Source of the DNA: Trichinella spiralis
Lineage: Eukaryota
Assembly: GCF_000181795.1 (NCBI RefSeq)
Contig: NW_003526941.1
Location: 1,267,859-1,331,858 of the forward strand
Direction of reading: 5' to 3'
Length of the DNA: 64,000 bases
Shown here in pieces: positions 12,817 to 27,558 of the stretch. Each line of letters starts with the position of its first letter. Positions within the stretch are counted from its first letter, which is position 1. Under the pieces are notes generated by a model that was not told the origin of the DNA, made no database searches, and saw only the letters and a list, made by a program, of their open reading frames with translations. Position numbers and translations under genes: made by a program.

Positions 12817-15800
12817 TTTGTGTTTTGGATTTTGTGAATTCTGTACCTTAATTGAACAGTAGTTACCTGTTCTGCTTTGGTATTTTTAATCTTTTCAACA
12901 CACGCACTCGTTGACAGAATACACTACAACAATGGAAATGTATCCCTGATCAAGTTCACTGATTGCTTATCATAACTGGAAATGCTATCATTTATAAGAA
13001 CCGGCTTTGTAAAATGCATTGTGAGCTAGCTGGCTTTGTGTACGAAGCATAATTTATCAAATGAACACCGACATCTGTCCGGGAAACAGTATGTCAAAAG
13101 GTCATTTTTGCATACAATAATGCAGCATAAGGAAGCTGCATATTATTTATAAATAAATACAATGCGTGTATTATTGAATTTTCCGATCAGCATATATTTT
13201 TTAATTGAAAGGGGGATGAATTTTCAGCAGATGTGTTCAAAAGGTATATTCTCAACACTGGCAATGACAATATCGTGTAAATTTTGTGATCAAGCAAAAA
13301 CAAAGAAAAAATTATCCTGTGAAAGAAATGCATGTTTGTCGAACAAAAAGAGAAAGATATTTCAATATTACAAAATAATATTTTTTGTTAGTTTTTATCT
13401 TTATAAAAAATGTAGTTCATGCTTATTGTTTTCAAGCAGGCTTTTTTGTTCATAATTTTTAATTTGTCTGTATGCTTTGCATGTGGTTGCTTTTCGATAG
13501 CATGATTGTTGCTATGAAAAGTGAAACCGGTGCATCATGCACCTATCATTTTTGATATAAAGTTGATCTTCTTTTCACTTTGTATGTATGAAACAATTGC
13601 AGAAGTTGTCGTGGAAGAAGATGGAGAAAAAAGCATGCAGATTATTTCATTGTAGAAGAAGAGTATTTACAATTTTCAATTGTTGTGTGAGATTTGATGA
13701 TGATGATTTTTTTGTAAAATGTGAAAGTTTAATTTGGCATATTTGTTGTAGGCTGTTGATGATGTTGTATTTATTGTACAGTGGTGCGTGGTTGGAAAAA
13801 TGCGCACTGCTTCAGTGCATAATTGGAGATTAGCAGGGTTATGGTAAGGTTGATTTGTTTGACCTAGTTTTGATTTTCAGTCTTAATTTTCTACATGCAG
13901 CATCTTGCAGACGTTGCTGTTGTTGTTGTTGTTGTTGTTGTCAGCCTACTTCTATGTACACAAATGATATGTTTCACGCAATACCAACACAAGCAACAAT
14001 AACGTAGTAATTGTGAATGCATTTATTTTTGTCGTACGATTCATGACGACGACATTTGTCAATTTGGCAGCAGCAGCAGCAGCAGTTTCACAATTCAACG
14101 CCGGCCAACGTGATTCCAGCTCAGTGTAGCTTCTTCACTTGGTGGTGATATGATAATCACTGACTCTTCATTTCTTCCGAATGATTGATTCTCTGAAGAT
14201 AAAGCTCTGCTAAATTATCTTTTCTTCTTGTCAAGTAAGTAAAATTTTCATTTCTTTCGCTCTTCTAATATCAACAAATTTAAATATACTTTTTTTGAAT
14301 AAATTATTAATTTCCAATTATTATTATTATTAATATAATTTTTGTTTTGTTGAATGTCATCCATTTCTGATATCTTTTTGGTTCTGTATCGTCGTTCATA
14401 CTGTAACGGTCGAGTTCCACTAGCGGTCATTGATGATAGATAATTGAGATAAGTTTATGTCTGTCGACGAATGAGATAGCAGTACAAAAAGCAGAGGGGT
14501 TGAATGACTTTCGCATTTCGAAAAGCAGCGCAGTGAATTTTACAAATCAAAGTTATTAAAATTGGAATTTGTCGATCCATTTCACATTTTTGTACAAGTA
14601 AATTTGAAAAGGGACGTCGTTTTTCAGCTATTGGCTAACTGACTGTTCAACGATTGTGTTGGTAATTTTGCTTTTATTCTTTTTTAATTAACATCAAATG
14701 AATGCTAGCCCCAGTTGCGCGCTCTTATTCTTTCTCTTTGCGTATTTTGTTCCTTTTTCTGTTTATCAAATAGCAGCAGCTATATTCATCGTTGAATTTT
14801 AATTGCCCCCTATGTAATGAATACAAAAGCACAGTAATAATTATACAATGAATGAATATGTATGACGCGTCTTTTTGTAAATGGCTCAGCGTTACTGATG
14901 CAGTTTGACATGCGACATGATGATGATGATGATGATGATGCATGCTATTTGAATGATGTGGGAATTTTCTCTTGTTCTCAGAAAACAACAACAACAACAA
15001 CAACAATAATAATAATTCAACAATGCTAATTTACAACTCTGCTATTGTAAAATTATCAACTGTATTAATTTGATAGAGAAAAAATTTTCACATATAAATT
15101 ATTTTAAAAAGCTTTTATATCAACATTTCTGTTATTATTGTTGTTCTTGTTGTTGCAGAAGCTGCTGCTGCTGCTGTTGTTGCTGTTGCTATTGCTATTG
15201 CTATTATTGCTATTGCTATTGCTATTGTTGTTGTTGTTGAAGTTGTTGTCGTCACCGTTGTTTAGGGTTTATTGACTACTGTTTCGTGCTTGTTAGTGAA
15301 AATTATAATTAAATTGATTGAATAATAACATGCAGTGCCATTCAGCTTGATAGTTTAATTTGAAATTATTAATTTCTCCATCAAGGGTAATTTACGTTTG
15401 TTATTTTTTGATGATTCACATTTTAAATTGGAAAAGTAATCCAGATTTTCTAGTTTTTCAAATTTGAATTCTATAATTTCAGTGTATAAGTATAGATGCA
15501 GATATATGTATATGTATATATGTTAGCATGATTTGAAGAAAACGATGCTCACTTAAACTGATACTTACGTAATTGTTCTATTATCTGCATTTCTGGAAAA
15601 TATATTTTCAAAAATGAAAATCAGGTTTTTCAAACAAATGAAATTGCAATTTTCAAGTGTTAGTACAATAAAATGTAGTTCAAATACAGTCTATCGCATC
15701 AGTCAGTACACGAATGAGAACATTGATGGCATGAAGCAGAGTTGCTTGTTGCTTGTGTTTGCATGCACTTTCACATTAGGGAAAATTAGGGAAAAAGTCT

Positions 15801-17315
15801 GAAATTTATCTCTTGTTTAATTGTTTTCAGAAAAAAGGTTGGATAAATAATAGCACCATATATATATATGGATATGTTCAATTTAAAAGCGATGCAGCAT
15901 CATATAGTTATTGGAGACAGTGCTTAATAATTGAATCGTGTAATTGTGACATTATTCTTTATTTGCACAAGCAGTACAAAAGTTTAAATGCAAAATGAAA
16001 GTTATATGCATAGATTACTGGTTAGGTTTAATTAGGCTAAATGGTAAATTAATTAGGAAGTGTAGATATTGGAAGGGAATTTATTTTTAAAAATATACAT
16101 TGTAAATTGCTTTATGCAGTTTATTGTATATATATATGTAGTGCTATAGGGCAGTTTATTTTTCATTGTATTTACTGATTGATGTGGATTACGTCAGCAT
16201 ATTTCTCTGTTTGAAGTGGGTTGTTCATGCCATCTTTTGCGGCATAATAAGGCTAATTAATAAACTTTTACTGTTTAGTGTGGAAAATTAACAGCAATAA
16301 GATTTTATTTGTTTTCTCAAGAAATAAAAGCGAGCTTAAAAGTAGGTCTGTTTTATAAGCATTCATCTACCCTATGAAATGTATGTTTGTGTTTCTTTTG
16401 AATTTTTTTTACTTTTACATTTACAGTCAGCAACAAAGTATCTAGAAACAGAGCCAGTAAATGATAATGATTATATAAATGAATAAATGAATAAATGAAT
16501 AAATATATATATTGTTAATAATGAGGTCGTCATCCTTTGTATACAATTCAAATTTGTAATTCCTTTTTGATTGTTTTGTTTCGGTTTTTTCTCTGCTAAT
16601 CACTCAGCGCAATTTTGTAGTGCATAATTTGAATAATTTACGTGGGCATTTGTGTAATTTGAATAAATTGCATGCTTTTGATATTATTGCATCATGATGC
16701 ACGTGAGTAATTTCAACTCTTTCAACAGAGTAGGGTTTTTTCAGATGTTTCATATAATCTTACAAGATCTTTACAAAACACGAGTTGTTACGTTTTTTCA
16801 ATTTGTCCAACTTACTTAGTAGCCGTAATTTTGCACCTTCAAAGACAGAGCATGATGCCATTTGTGTGAAGTGAGTGGTGAGCAGAGCAAGCATTGTCGT
16901 CGTTAACTTTTATTTCTTATATTCCATCCACTGAAAGATTGTTTGAATAGATCGGGCTGAGAAACAGTTTTTACACGAGCTGTTCACATTGATGAAGTGT
17001 GCTTTTCAAAAATCCCATTCATAAGAATTAAATAAAAGTGGAACATGCCAGTTGCCAGCTGAATTTAGTTGTTTTGAATTTGCATTTTTGAAGAATTATG
17101 AATTAATACTTGAGCGTCTGATTGTGTACGATCCCCTTTTAAGATGGTTGTTTTGTTGTTTTGTCAGTTTGTATAGATGCATATATAGTGTCGGTGATAT
17201 TTGTTGTTGCTAAGGTGTGAAAGTTGGTTTGGTTTGTTTCAGCTGCAGTTGGTTGAAAATTTTGTGGCTAATTTTTTGCTTTGAATATTTGGACCCCAAA
17301 ATAGTCGTCAAGTTG

Positions 17316-17965
17316 ATGGAAAAGTTGACAGTGGAGAGTGGTCCCAACCTGAAGCACGTCTGCTCCTACTGCGGCAAGTCGTACGCATTCATGTCACTGT
17401 TGCGATCCCACGAACGCAAGCACACTGGTGAAAAGCCGTTCCAGTGCGCTTTTTGCGACAAATGCTTCGCCCAGCGCAGCGGTCTGGCCATTCACGAAAG
17501 ACGTCATACCGGCGTCAAACCATACTCTTGTCATTATTGTGAAAAAACATTCGCCTCTCCGGTGAGTTATTATTTATTAATTTTTTTTGGTTTTTCATAA
17601 TTTGCAATTTTTTGGGGAAACTTTTTCACGAATTGGGTGGGTGTTGTTTGATGGTGTTGGTGAAAAGTGTAAGTCGACGAGTTGCGTGCTGTTTGCAAGC
17701 ACGATTTTACTTTTCTCATGTTGATCTTCGATCAACTGCTGTTGCCTGAAACGCCTGCTTGCTGCATTGGGTTTTTATTGTAATTGCTGTATGCTTTGCT
17801 TTGCAGCAGCAAATATTTGATTACACAAAAATGCTAATGTTAGTTGGCGGTGTGAATTTAATTAATTGCCATTTTTATTTTAGTAATAATTGTAATGATG
17901 ATACATAATGTAATGATAATAATGGTCATACATTTTTACACAGTTTTTCTTATCCTTCATCCTGA

Positions 17966-18046
<81 letters not shown>

Positions 18047-19194
18047 GTTGGTGTAGTGTGTTTGTTGACCTTTGGATGTGTCTCAGTGTTTGCTTTTCTG
18101 CTGGTCGTCTTTGTAAAGAACGCTGTACAAATAAATTGAATGGCCGTTGGTTTGTTCGTTCATTGGCTAGCATGCAAAATGGACGTTCAGTTTTGTCGAA
18201 CAATGGACATAGTTGGAAACTGTCAGCGCTGTTGTGGGCAGAATATACGATACTATAAACAGTGATGTTCAGTTGATTTCTTCCGCTTTTGGTCATAACT
18301 TTTTTCATTTGTTTGTTGTTGTCCCAGGTCTGCTGTATTTTTTTCTCTATTCTTCTCTATATATGCATTTGTGAAGCAGAAGCGCTTTGCCCCTCCACAA
18401 GCATACACACATCAATACATGTCTGCATGTAGGCGTGAAATATACATCACAAGGTTGTAATTAAGGAACAAAATTTTTTTTCAATCCCATAATTGTTAAT
18501 GATTGTTTTATCAAATTGTCTTAATTATTAATGTGATTAACGATTGGTTGCATTTAGTATATATATAAATATAATTAAATACGTGTATATACGTATATGT
18601 AATTTATGTATATGTATATACGCGCGCGCGTGTGTGTGTAAACATCAACGTGAATAACGTTACATATTATTGTTATTTTATTTTTATGAGGGGATGAAAC
18701 ATTTGTTATGAAGCAGCAAACAATAAGTTGTTATTTTTCCAACGATTATTTTGTTGTGTTCGTTTTTCATGTGCTCTATTCATGCGCGTGATAATGTGGA
18801 AATGTTTTTTATGTATTTTAATGATGCATGGATGATCATACATTTTAATGCTGCTACATGCATCGTATGGTGTGTGTATGTGTTTGTGCGCGTGCGTGTG
18901 CGTGTGTCGTCTGTCCTTTGTATTGTCAATTGATTATCTGATAAGGAGCAGTTTAGCAGCAAAACAGCATCATAGTAGGTTGGTTTTTGCTTGATTCGCA
19001 TCTGCGGACGGTGTATTCTCGAAAATTGATCAAAATCAACAACAATGGGCAAATGTTATTTGGGTGATAATTATTTATGAATATATTGATATTTCATGAA
19101 GCGCCATTTTGCTCTCTTTCATGTTGATTATTTCGTTTGTGTTTGTGTGTGTGTGTGTGTGTCTGTGTGTGTGTTTGTGTGCGCATGTGTGCGT

Positions 19195-19239
<45 letters not shown>

Positions 19240-20627
19240 TGTGTTTGTGTGCGCGCGTGTGCGGGTGCGTGTTTATGTGTGTGTTTATTTCAGTCTTTTC
19301 AGAGTTTGAAATAGAATTGCTTTAGCAGCATATGTGAGTATAATCATAGGAGTCAGTCTGATGTTAGAATCTTTGGAAATAGCAAGTACATGTTTGTGTT
19401 GTATATTAGGATATTGCTTTTAATTAATTTCATGTTTTCATTTTCCTCAGGTAAAATAAGATTCTGCAGTTGATTTATCATCGAGCTATTATTTTATTTG
19501 CATTAGTTTATTCATATGTAGATTTCATTTTTGACTTGACTTAATATTGGCTCTCTACATGGCAGTTGTTGTTGTCAGTGAAAGTTACTTGCTATCCTTT
19601 CTTATTGATTATTTTTCTTCGTATTGTTCCTTCTATGCATCAACTATTAGTATATAATTAAATATTGTTATAACAAGCTTATATATATATGTGTGTGTGT
19701 GTGTGCGTGTTTATTTCAGAGTTTATATATATATATATATATCACAAAGCGCAGCTTGTTGTGAGACTAATAATAATTCTTTTGTGCATGTTTCTTTGTT
19801 TTTTTTTTTGCTTTTGTTTTCATGTTTTCGTGGATGCTGTTTGGTTGTTCAGTTTGTATGTAATATTAATAATAATGCATTAATAATAATGAATAATTTG
19901 CAGGGCAATTTGAAAAGTCACGAACGTCAGCATACGGGCATCAAACCGCATCAGTGCGACGAGTGTGATAAAAAGTTTGCCACACAGAGCAGTTTGCGGA
20001 CGCATAAAATTTCCCATTCCGCGTTGAAATTGTACTCTTGTGACAAGTGTGACAAGCAGTTTGCTCATCGTACGTCTTTGTATGCGCATAAGAAGCGTCA
20101 TTTGTTCATGGAAACGAAAGAAGGAAAAGCTGAAGTAGGACAAGAAGAGGGATCGGTTTCCAATGCTGCTTTGTTGGATGTTGGAGTTCTTCCCAACGGC
20201 ATGGTCGTCGTCGCGCCCACAGCGAATGATTCAGCATTACTTTCTTCTTCGTCTTCGTCTTCTTCATCTGCCTATTGTAAGACGAATGACAAACGTTGGC
20301 AGTGTCGCTTCTGTGGCAAACAGTTCGCGTTCAAATATCCAATGGTCGCACACGAACGAGTGCACACTGGTGAAAAGCCGTTCGCCTGCAAATACTGTGA
20401 CAAGCATTTTTCCCAGCAAACGTCGCTGATCATGCACGAACGTTCTCACACCGGCGAAAGGCGTTACAAGTGTGACTTGTGCGACAAGCGTTTCATTCAG
20501 CCGTCGGCTTTGCACTCGCACAGGCGCACGCATACCGGCGAACGACCGTACCAGTGTAAGCTTTGTCCGAAAACATTTGCTCACGCCACCAGTTTGCGTC
20601 AGCACAACAATGTCCACGAGAAGCAAC

Positions 20628-20663
<36 letters not shown>

Positions 20664-22073
20664 CAACAACTACGACAACAACAACAACAACAACAACAGC
20701 AACAGCAGCAACAACAACAACAGCATATACTGCTGAATACATCGGTCACGACTGTTGGAAACGATGTTACTGGTGCTGCTAATGGTGGTGGTGCTGGTGC
20801 TGGTGCTGGTGGAGCTGGGCCACAGGCAGTATCGGCGAGCAAAAGCCAAGACTACGTCTGCTTTTGCGGCAAGGCGTTCACGTACATGAGCAGCTTGTCG
20901 GCGCACATGCGTTCCCACACCGGCGAACGGCCGTTCAAGTGTCGATTCTGCTCCAAGCAGTTCGCCCAGAAAGCCACTTGTCACGTGCACGAGCGCACGC
21001 ATACCGGCGAAAAGCCGTACAAGTGCCGCCACTGCGAACGTTGCTTCTCCCAGTACGGCACCAAGTCGGTGCACGAGAAGAGCCACCTCGGCTTGCGTTG
21101 TTACCAGTGTCCAGTGTGTTCGAAGATGCTCTCTTCGCCGAGTGCACTTTACACGCACAAGAAGACCCACGGCGAGCGCCAGTACCAGTGCCCTCAGTGT
21201 CCCAAGCGGTTCACGTTGAAAAACTACGTCAAGTTGCACGTGAAGCAAGTGCACGAACGCCAGAGCAAGCAGCATCCGTGCCCACTCTGCGGCCGAGTCT
21301 ACGGCTACTTGGGCAGCTTGCAAGTGCACATGCGCACCCACACCGGCGAGCGACCCTACCAATGCAAGCACTGCGACAAGGCGTTTACCAGCAGGGGCAA
21401 TTTGATCTGCCACGAGCGCACGCACACCGGCGAACGTCCCTACCAGTGTCGAAGCTGCGACCGTCGGTTCGCCCAACGGCCGCAGCTCGTTTCCCACGAG
21501 GCAGCGGTTCACAAGTTCTCGGCAGCCGAGGGCGTCGACGGCAACGCGACCACGCCCTCGACCGCCCGTCACGTCTGCCCCTACTGCTACAAGCGGTTCG
21601 CCTACTCGAGCAGCTTGTACGTCCACATGCGCTTGCACACCGGCGAACGGCCCTACCGATGCCGCTACTGCGACAAAGCGTTCACCAGTCAAGGCAACCG
21701 TCTGGTGCACGAGCGGGTGCACACCGGAGAAAAGCCCTACCAGTGTACATTCTGTTTCCGTCGCTACGCCCAGCGAGTCGGTCTGCGCATACACATGGAA
21801 CAGTGCAAAAGCAACAAGAACATGCAAGGTGTCATTGCTGAGATGTCGTTATTCGACCAACTGCTGGCTGTCACTGCCGCCGCATGTTCATCAAGCTTCC
21901 ACTTGTTTCAACCATCACCGCAGCAACAACAAGTCCAACAACAACAGCAACTGTTAGCACAGTTTGATGACGGTGATGATAATAATAATGACGCTGATAC
22001 AGGTGAAGATGGTTGGAGAAAAAAGAAGAAGCATCGTTTGGAAAATTTAATTCCCAAACTTTTCAGTATTTGA
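17316..22073 (+). CDS. C2H2 zinc-finger protein (~20 fingers) with central polyQ tract; apparent +1 frameshift near 20630
   Basis: Exon 1 (17316-17561, GTGAGT donor) joins in frame to exon 2 from 19904, completing a finger ([21 protein letters not shown]). TGEKP/TGERP linkers recur. Fingers continue in a different frame after the CAG/CAA repeat. Confidence 0.85.
17966..18042. repeat. (TA)n(TG)n microsatellite in zinc-finger intron
   Basis: Directly visible. Confidence 0.95.
19135..19285. repeat. Degenerate (GT)n microsatellite, ~150 bp
   Basis: Directly visible. Confidence 0.9.
20624..20724 (+). repeat. Coding CAG/CAA trinucleotide tract
   Basis: caacaag(cag)n...(caa)n; reads polyQ in the downstream frame and polyA/polyT in the upstream frame. 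Confidence 0.95.
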
Positions 22074-24081
22074 CATTTATTTTATCTTATATATATATAT
22101 TTATTTATTTATTTATTTATTACTTTATGCTTTTGTTTTATCTGCAGACAATCGTCTTATCAAAGATGTCGCAAGTGTCGTTGATGCATCCAGTTCGTCG
22201 CAAAAAGCAATGTAATTTTTTTTTTGAAATTTTAAAATTACGAGTTTTATAATTTTTGAAAATTCACTTGGAATTTCAGAGAACATGATCAACTGAAAAC
22301 TGACAGTAACCAACCGATCAGTTTTACCGTCTGTGATTCTCTGATAAAAAGGTGAGAAGTGAAAAAAGCCTTTTCTTCCGTTCATAAATCAATCATCTTC
22401 TGAATACACAAGCATACGGAATTGGTCAATTGAATGTTTTGTTTTTTTAGTGATTTAATCATCAGTACCCAACCACACCCACAGCCACAGTATATTTTGC
22501 AGATGAGTGTCCACGATTATTCATTCAACAACAACGACGTGTGGAAAAGCGGCAACAACTGACTGGATGGACACAACTTTGAAATTGCAGTTTTACCACC
22601 AGTCGCCTCCACTTTCCGAACATCCGTCTGCTGATTATTCACCTGGAATATTTTGCTTGAACATGATTTGTCCAATTTCTATCGCACGTATTAATTTATT
22701 TATTTATTTGTATTTTTTATGTTCAGCAATAGCCAACCAACATTGACGATCATATATGTCGCTTGCGATTATCAGAAACATCTGTTTTCTGCTGCTGTTG
22801 TTCATATTTCACGTGAATTGTATATGTATCATCAGCATTTGAAAACACTCGTTTGATGATGGTTTTCATTCACTGCGTGGCTGTTATTGTAAATTAGCTG
22901 ATGATATTTTTCACGGGTTCACCGAGCTTTTCAAATTTCTTCTGCTTTTATTGTCAACTTGGGAAAATTATACATTTCATTCAAACACTGCCTCCTGTTG
23001 ACCAAATGATAATTATAACAGTAGCTTTGCTGTGTGTGCACTGACGTGACTGAGGTTTTCATTTATGCTTTTTCATTTTTCAGGAATATAAATAATAATG
23101 ATAATAGCAAAATAATTGCTCTCATCAATTGTTTCACTTGTGCAACCAAATTATTATAATTGTTGTTTATTGTTAGTGGCTGACTTTTTGTTGTGCAATA
23201 TTTTTTCTAGCTGAAAAAGGACGACGCATGTAATGAATGCATACAAATTTTGCTCACAACTGCTACGTATACTGTCTGTCCGTCGACAGTTGTTTGCCAA
23301 GTGTGGTCAATCTTGATGTCATTTCTACATTTATTTACTGCTGAACAACTGCGACAATTTCTTTTATTCTCCTTATTATTATTATTATTCATTTATTTAT
23401 TAAAGGAAAATTTAAATTGGGACAAAATTGTTTTGTTGCCTTTAAAAGATGATTGATTGATTGATTGAATCAACAGATGTGATTACATCATTGTTATCAG
23501 AGTGCAAAGCTTAATTAATTTCATTATTACAGTTTTTTTCTGCTTTTGTTTTCAGTTTTTTATGCAGACAGCTTACATGTATGTTCATGTTGTCCAGCGA
23601 TTTGAGCAGACGACTGTTTGTTCTTATGCAAACAAAGTTGGTGAAGTAAGTAAGAAATTTTTTATTTCATTTATTAATGCGAGTAGTACTTAAGTTGTGA
23701 TTAATATAATTTCAAAGGAAAGGAGATTTTGTTGCTTTATTAATTATTATTTTTTACATTGAGTGCTGAGTGATTGGTTGGTGATCAGATATATCTGTAT
23801 ATATGTATGTATATAGTTTGTAATCAATTTTTTCTCTGTTCTTAGTATTGCAATGAGATTTTTATTTTTTAAATATATCATTATAAAAAAATGATGCGTA
23901 CAGAGGGAAAGAGAGAGAGAGAGAGGGAGGGAGGGAGAGAAGCAGTTTTAGGCAGAAGCTTGTTGTTGCTGAGAGAAGCAAAATAAATTATGTATAAGCT
24001 TAATTGATTGAGAAAGGAAAAATGAAATGATGCCGTGGCTTAGGCTTGAAAAGTGTTGAGCTTGGATTGGGTTTGTCTCTC

Positions 24082-27000
24082 TCATTCGACTGCTTTGCCG
24101 AGTTCGTTGAATATGTAAAAATGACAACGGCTAGCTCGACCCCAGCTAGAACGTCGCAGGTCCAGTTCGCTTTCATGTTTCCATTCCCTTTTCAACAGTC
24201 GATCCCTGCAGAAGCACTTGTAAAACGCCCTCAGGTATTCGCGTTGAAATTTTTTCTAAATAGCAAACAAACAAATTGTACGAAATTTGACTGACAACGA
24301 GTGAAATTTTAATATTATTATTCTCTGCTCTGGGCACAACAAACGCACGTTGTAGACGCCGTAAATGATCGGATTGAGACATGAGTTGCTCATCGCCAAC
24401 CAGTGAGCAGAGAAAAAGATCACGTTGATGTAATAGTATCTGTGAAAACAAACAATGCAGCGTTGAATTTCACCGATTTGGAATGAAAAAAAAATTTATT
24501 TTGATAATTTAATATTCTGTTCTCTTTTTGGTTTGTCTTTCACTCACTCGTTAACTTGTGGCCAGACTTCATTGAGAACCAAATATGTTTCATAAGGCAA
24601 CCAGCAGAAGGTGAATGCGACAACGATCATCACGAGCATTTTGATTACCTGAATTGCCACAATACATGAGTTGGGAATACAATACTTTTTGAAATTATAC
24701 AATGCTTAGTTTTTCTTTTCAAAATTATTTTAATTATAAACTATTTTCTAAGCTATATGTGGAGGTATTTTTAAGGTATCACATTTTATTCCAACAACGA
24801 ATTCAAATTTTTAATGCATCTGGTATTAATTGATGATTGGATCATCGATCAAAAAGTAATGACTGAAGATTATACATGTTGTATATTTTGTATTTCAACT
24901 TCGTATCAGGCTCAGAAATTCAATTTGCTAATTTTGAACAGGAAAAAAAATTAATAATCTGAGGTGACAAATAAGCCCACTTTATTGTTTTATTGAAAAA
25001 TTTCATCACAGTAACGTTTTTCATCATTTTCATTTTTGACTGCTCGTTACTTCGATGAAAGCTAACGGTGACATTTGCATTCACTGGCTCGTCTTCTCAA
25101 TGACTACTATATGGGAAATTAACTTTCGAATGCATAAGACTACTTCCCCTATATTGTTGTTGTTGTGTATTGATAAGTGAGCTTATTGTTTCCATGAAAA
25201 ATGCTTGCTAATATATATGACATCAGCGGCAACATCAACATCTCTACTTGCTTTTTATTCCCTTTCCGCAGGAACCAAACTACTAAAAAATTTGATAAAT
25301 TTTTTGCACAAATATACTTTCAAAAATTGTTTTTAACAGCAGACGACACTTTTTATTTATTGAAGTGAATTTTGTATATTTGCATAATGTTGTTTGTCTT
25401 GCTCTTGCATTTCACATTTCACTGCACTGCACTCACTGTAACATCTGTGTGTAATCACTGTATAAGCATAATCACTGTGTAGGCATCACTTTATCTTGGC
25501 ACGAAGCGGACGACAATTTTACCGCTGCTTTTTGCCTATTGTTGCTGTCCCGTTGGTAGTGGTGGTGGTGGTGTTCACGCATTGAGCTGAAAATTTCTGT
25601 TGCACATCTCTTATCTTACCAATTGAGATGCATTATCACAAATGCAAACAGTGCTCTATTTATTATTCATTGCCAATGAATTCGAAAATAATAAACCACG
25701 TGTTGCCTTTAAGTTGTTGCACAGGATCTGAAATTTGCATACATTTGCTGCACTCGGTGGTTAATTGTGGCGAATTTAGAAATTACAAATTTTGACAGTT
25801 GGATCAAATTTATAGGATTCTTATTCTTCTTGTTCAAAGTAATAGTAGTAGTAATAGTTGGTCAGCTTTCCATTGCTAATGCATTCGAATTCAGCTGACA
25901 TGCATCAGCTTTGCTGGTCAGGCAGTTCTTTTGCAATAGTTGTAAATTAGCAAATTCTCCACTCCACCTTATATTGTCCAGGTAAAATATCACACCAATG
26001 CTGCAAAAAGCAGTAAGTAAAGTTAGAGCTGTCCGGTTGTCTTCCTTTGCTTACGGCATGTGAAAATCAATTTGCGCACACGTCGTCGAATGGCTGGCTA
26101 ATTTGATCGTCTTTCTAAACCCGCCTTTCACAACTGCACTGTTGTTTATTGGTCTATTTCATGAAATGGCGGGTGTGTTTATGATGCGTTGCGTCAAATG
26201 ATAAATGTAACGTTAATTAATTAATTATCCGCATACCCGCAGAGTCGCATGAAATTAAATAGGCGAACGTTTAGATTTATATATACGACCACATTTTGCA
26301 GATATTTGCAAACTTTTATGACGGTATTTGTCATTTCTTTCGCCAACTCTGCACTCATATGTTAACCCTGCACATGTTGATTAATTAAATTGTTCATGAT
26401 GCAGTAAATGTAAAATTTTGAAAATTTACCTTCGCCTCAAAAGGAAGAACGTTAATTTTAGTAACAAATATTTGCAGCATTTGCAGATTTTGTTTTGTTG
26501 TTGCATTTTATGCATTAACTTCAGTATCCATCTCTAGTGCTTTCCCAACTTTGCTTTAAGAAATGAAAAATACAAAATTTTCTGTGCTTACTTACCGTAC
26601 GTTTGCTTCTTTCAAACTTTCGATCTGAATGGTTCAGTATGGGCGGCGTTACCCATACATTGTAGGCAATGATACAATAGACAACATTGATGATCACCAA
26701 CGGGACAAAGTATTGGATGATTGTCAAATACACGTTGTAAGCTTTCCACCAGGTTTCCTCGCTGTGCAGAGGCAGGCACATGGACCCTGAGTGGTTTGTC
26801 CCAGAGGTGGGGTCTTCGAACTTGAACACTCGATGGTCAACCCCGTAAGGTATACTGATGGCGACGCTGATTATCCAAATCAGTAATAACCAAATTTTGG
26901 CTGTCGTCTGTTGCATGGTACCGTGACCGCTGGTGACCACCGCCCGGAATCGGTCGACTGAAGACAAGCTGAGCGTGAACACCGATACTGACAACGAGAC

Positions 27001-27333
27001 GGTTTCTATGAATGGAACAACACTGCACATAGCTGACGGAAGGAACCACCTTTGCAATAAAGCTGCCTGAAATTTGAACGGAATCGCCAACAAGCCGGTC
27101 ATCAAATCGGCAACCGCCAGATTGACAATGAAGAAATTGGTCACCACTTGCAACCGGTTAGACGTGAAGAACACATATATGACGAGAGCGTTGCCAGCCA
27201 CTGTGAGGAAGGCAATCACCGCGTACAGTATGAACCATATGACCAGCTCAATTGTGCTCAACTGGTGCAAGCCAGTTGAGGTGGTGAAATTATTACTGGC
27301 AGTGTTGTTTCCACTTTCCAACAGATGATCCAT
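24082..27333 (-). CDS. Rhodopsin-family neuropeptide GPCR, leucokinin-receptor-like, 4 exons, ~367 aa
   Basis: Exons 27333-26596, 24648-24548, 24439-24349 and 24255-24082 splice in frame. Motifs: GNALV, NLAVAD, IPFKFQAALLQRW, DRF, CWLPY, FFSAHWLAMSNSCLNPIIYGVYN, KKFQREY. Confidence 0.9.
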
Positions 27334-27555
27334 CGTTTGGCCTGCCTAACTGCTAACAATTTACCTCACTGAGCGCATCAGTACAATAAAGCCTACAAAA
27401 AGGAATAACCATAGCATTTAGAATTGAGAAGTGAAGTTGAAAAGAGCATCGCGTATCCGACATGCACAAGCAGATACATATGGATGGAATAGAAGAATGT
27501 GCAAAATAAATAAATTAAGGATGCGCATATTTGTGTATGCATGTGCATGCATACA

Positions 27556-27558
<3 letters not shown>

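Noticed and set aside
19691..19903. N-terminal part of the 363-aa ORF
   Set aside because: Intronic low-complexity sequence; the real exon begins at the TTTGCAG acceptor (19904).
20264..21841. Long antisense and alternative-frame ORFs (192, 385 and 325 aa) over the zinc-finger exon
   Set aside because: Expected shadows of GC-rich repetitive coding sequence; no independent motifs.
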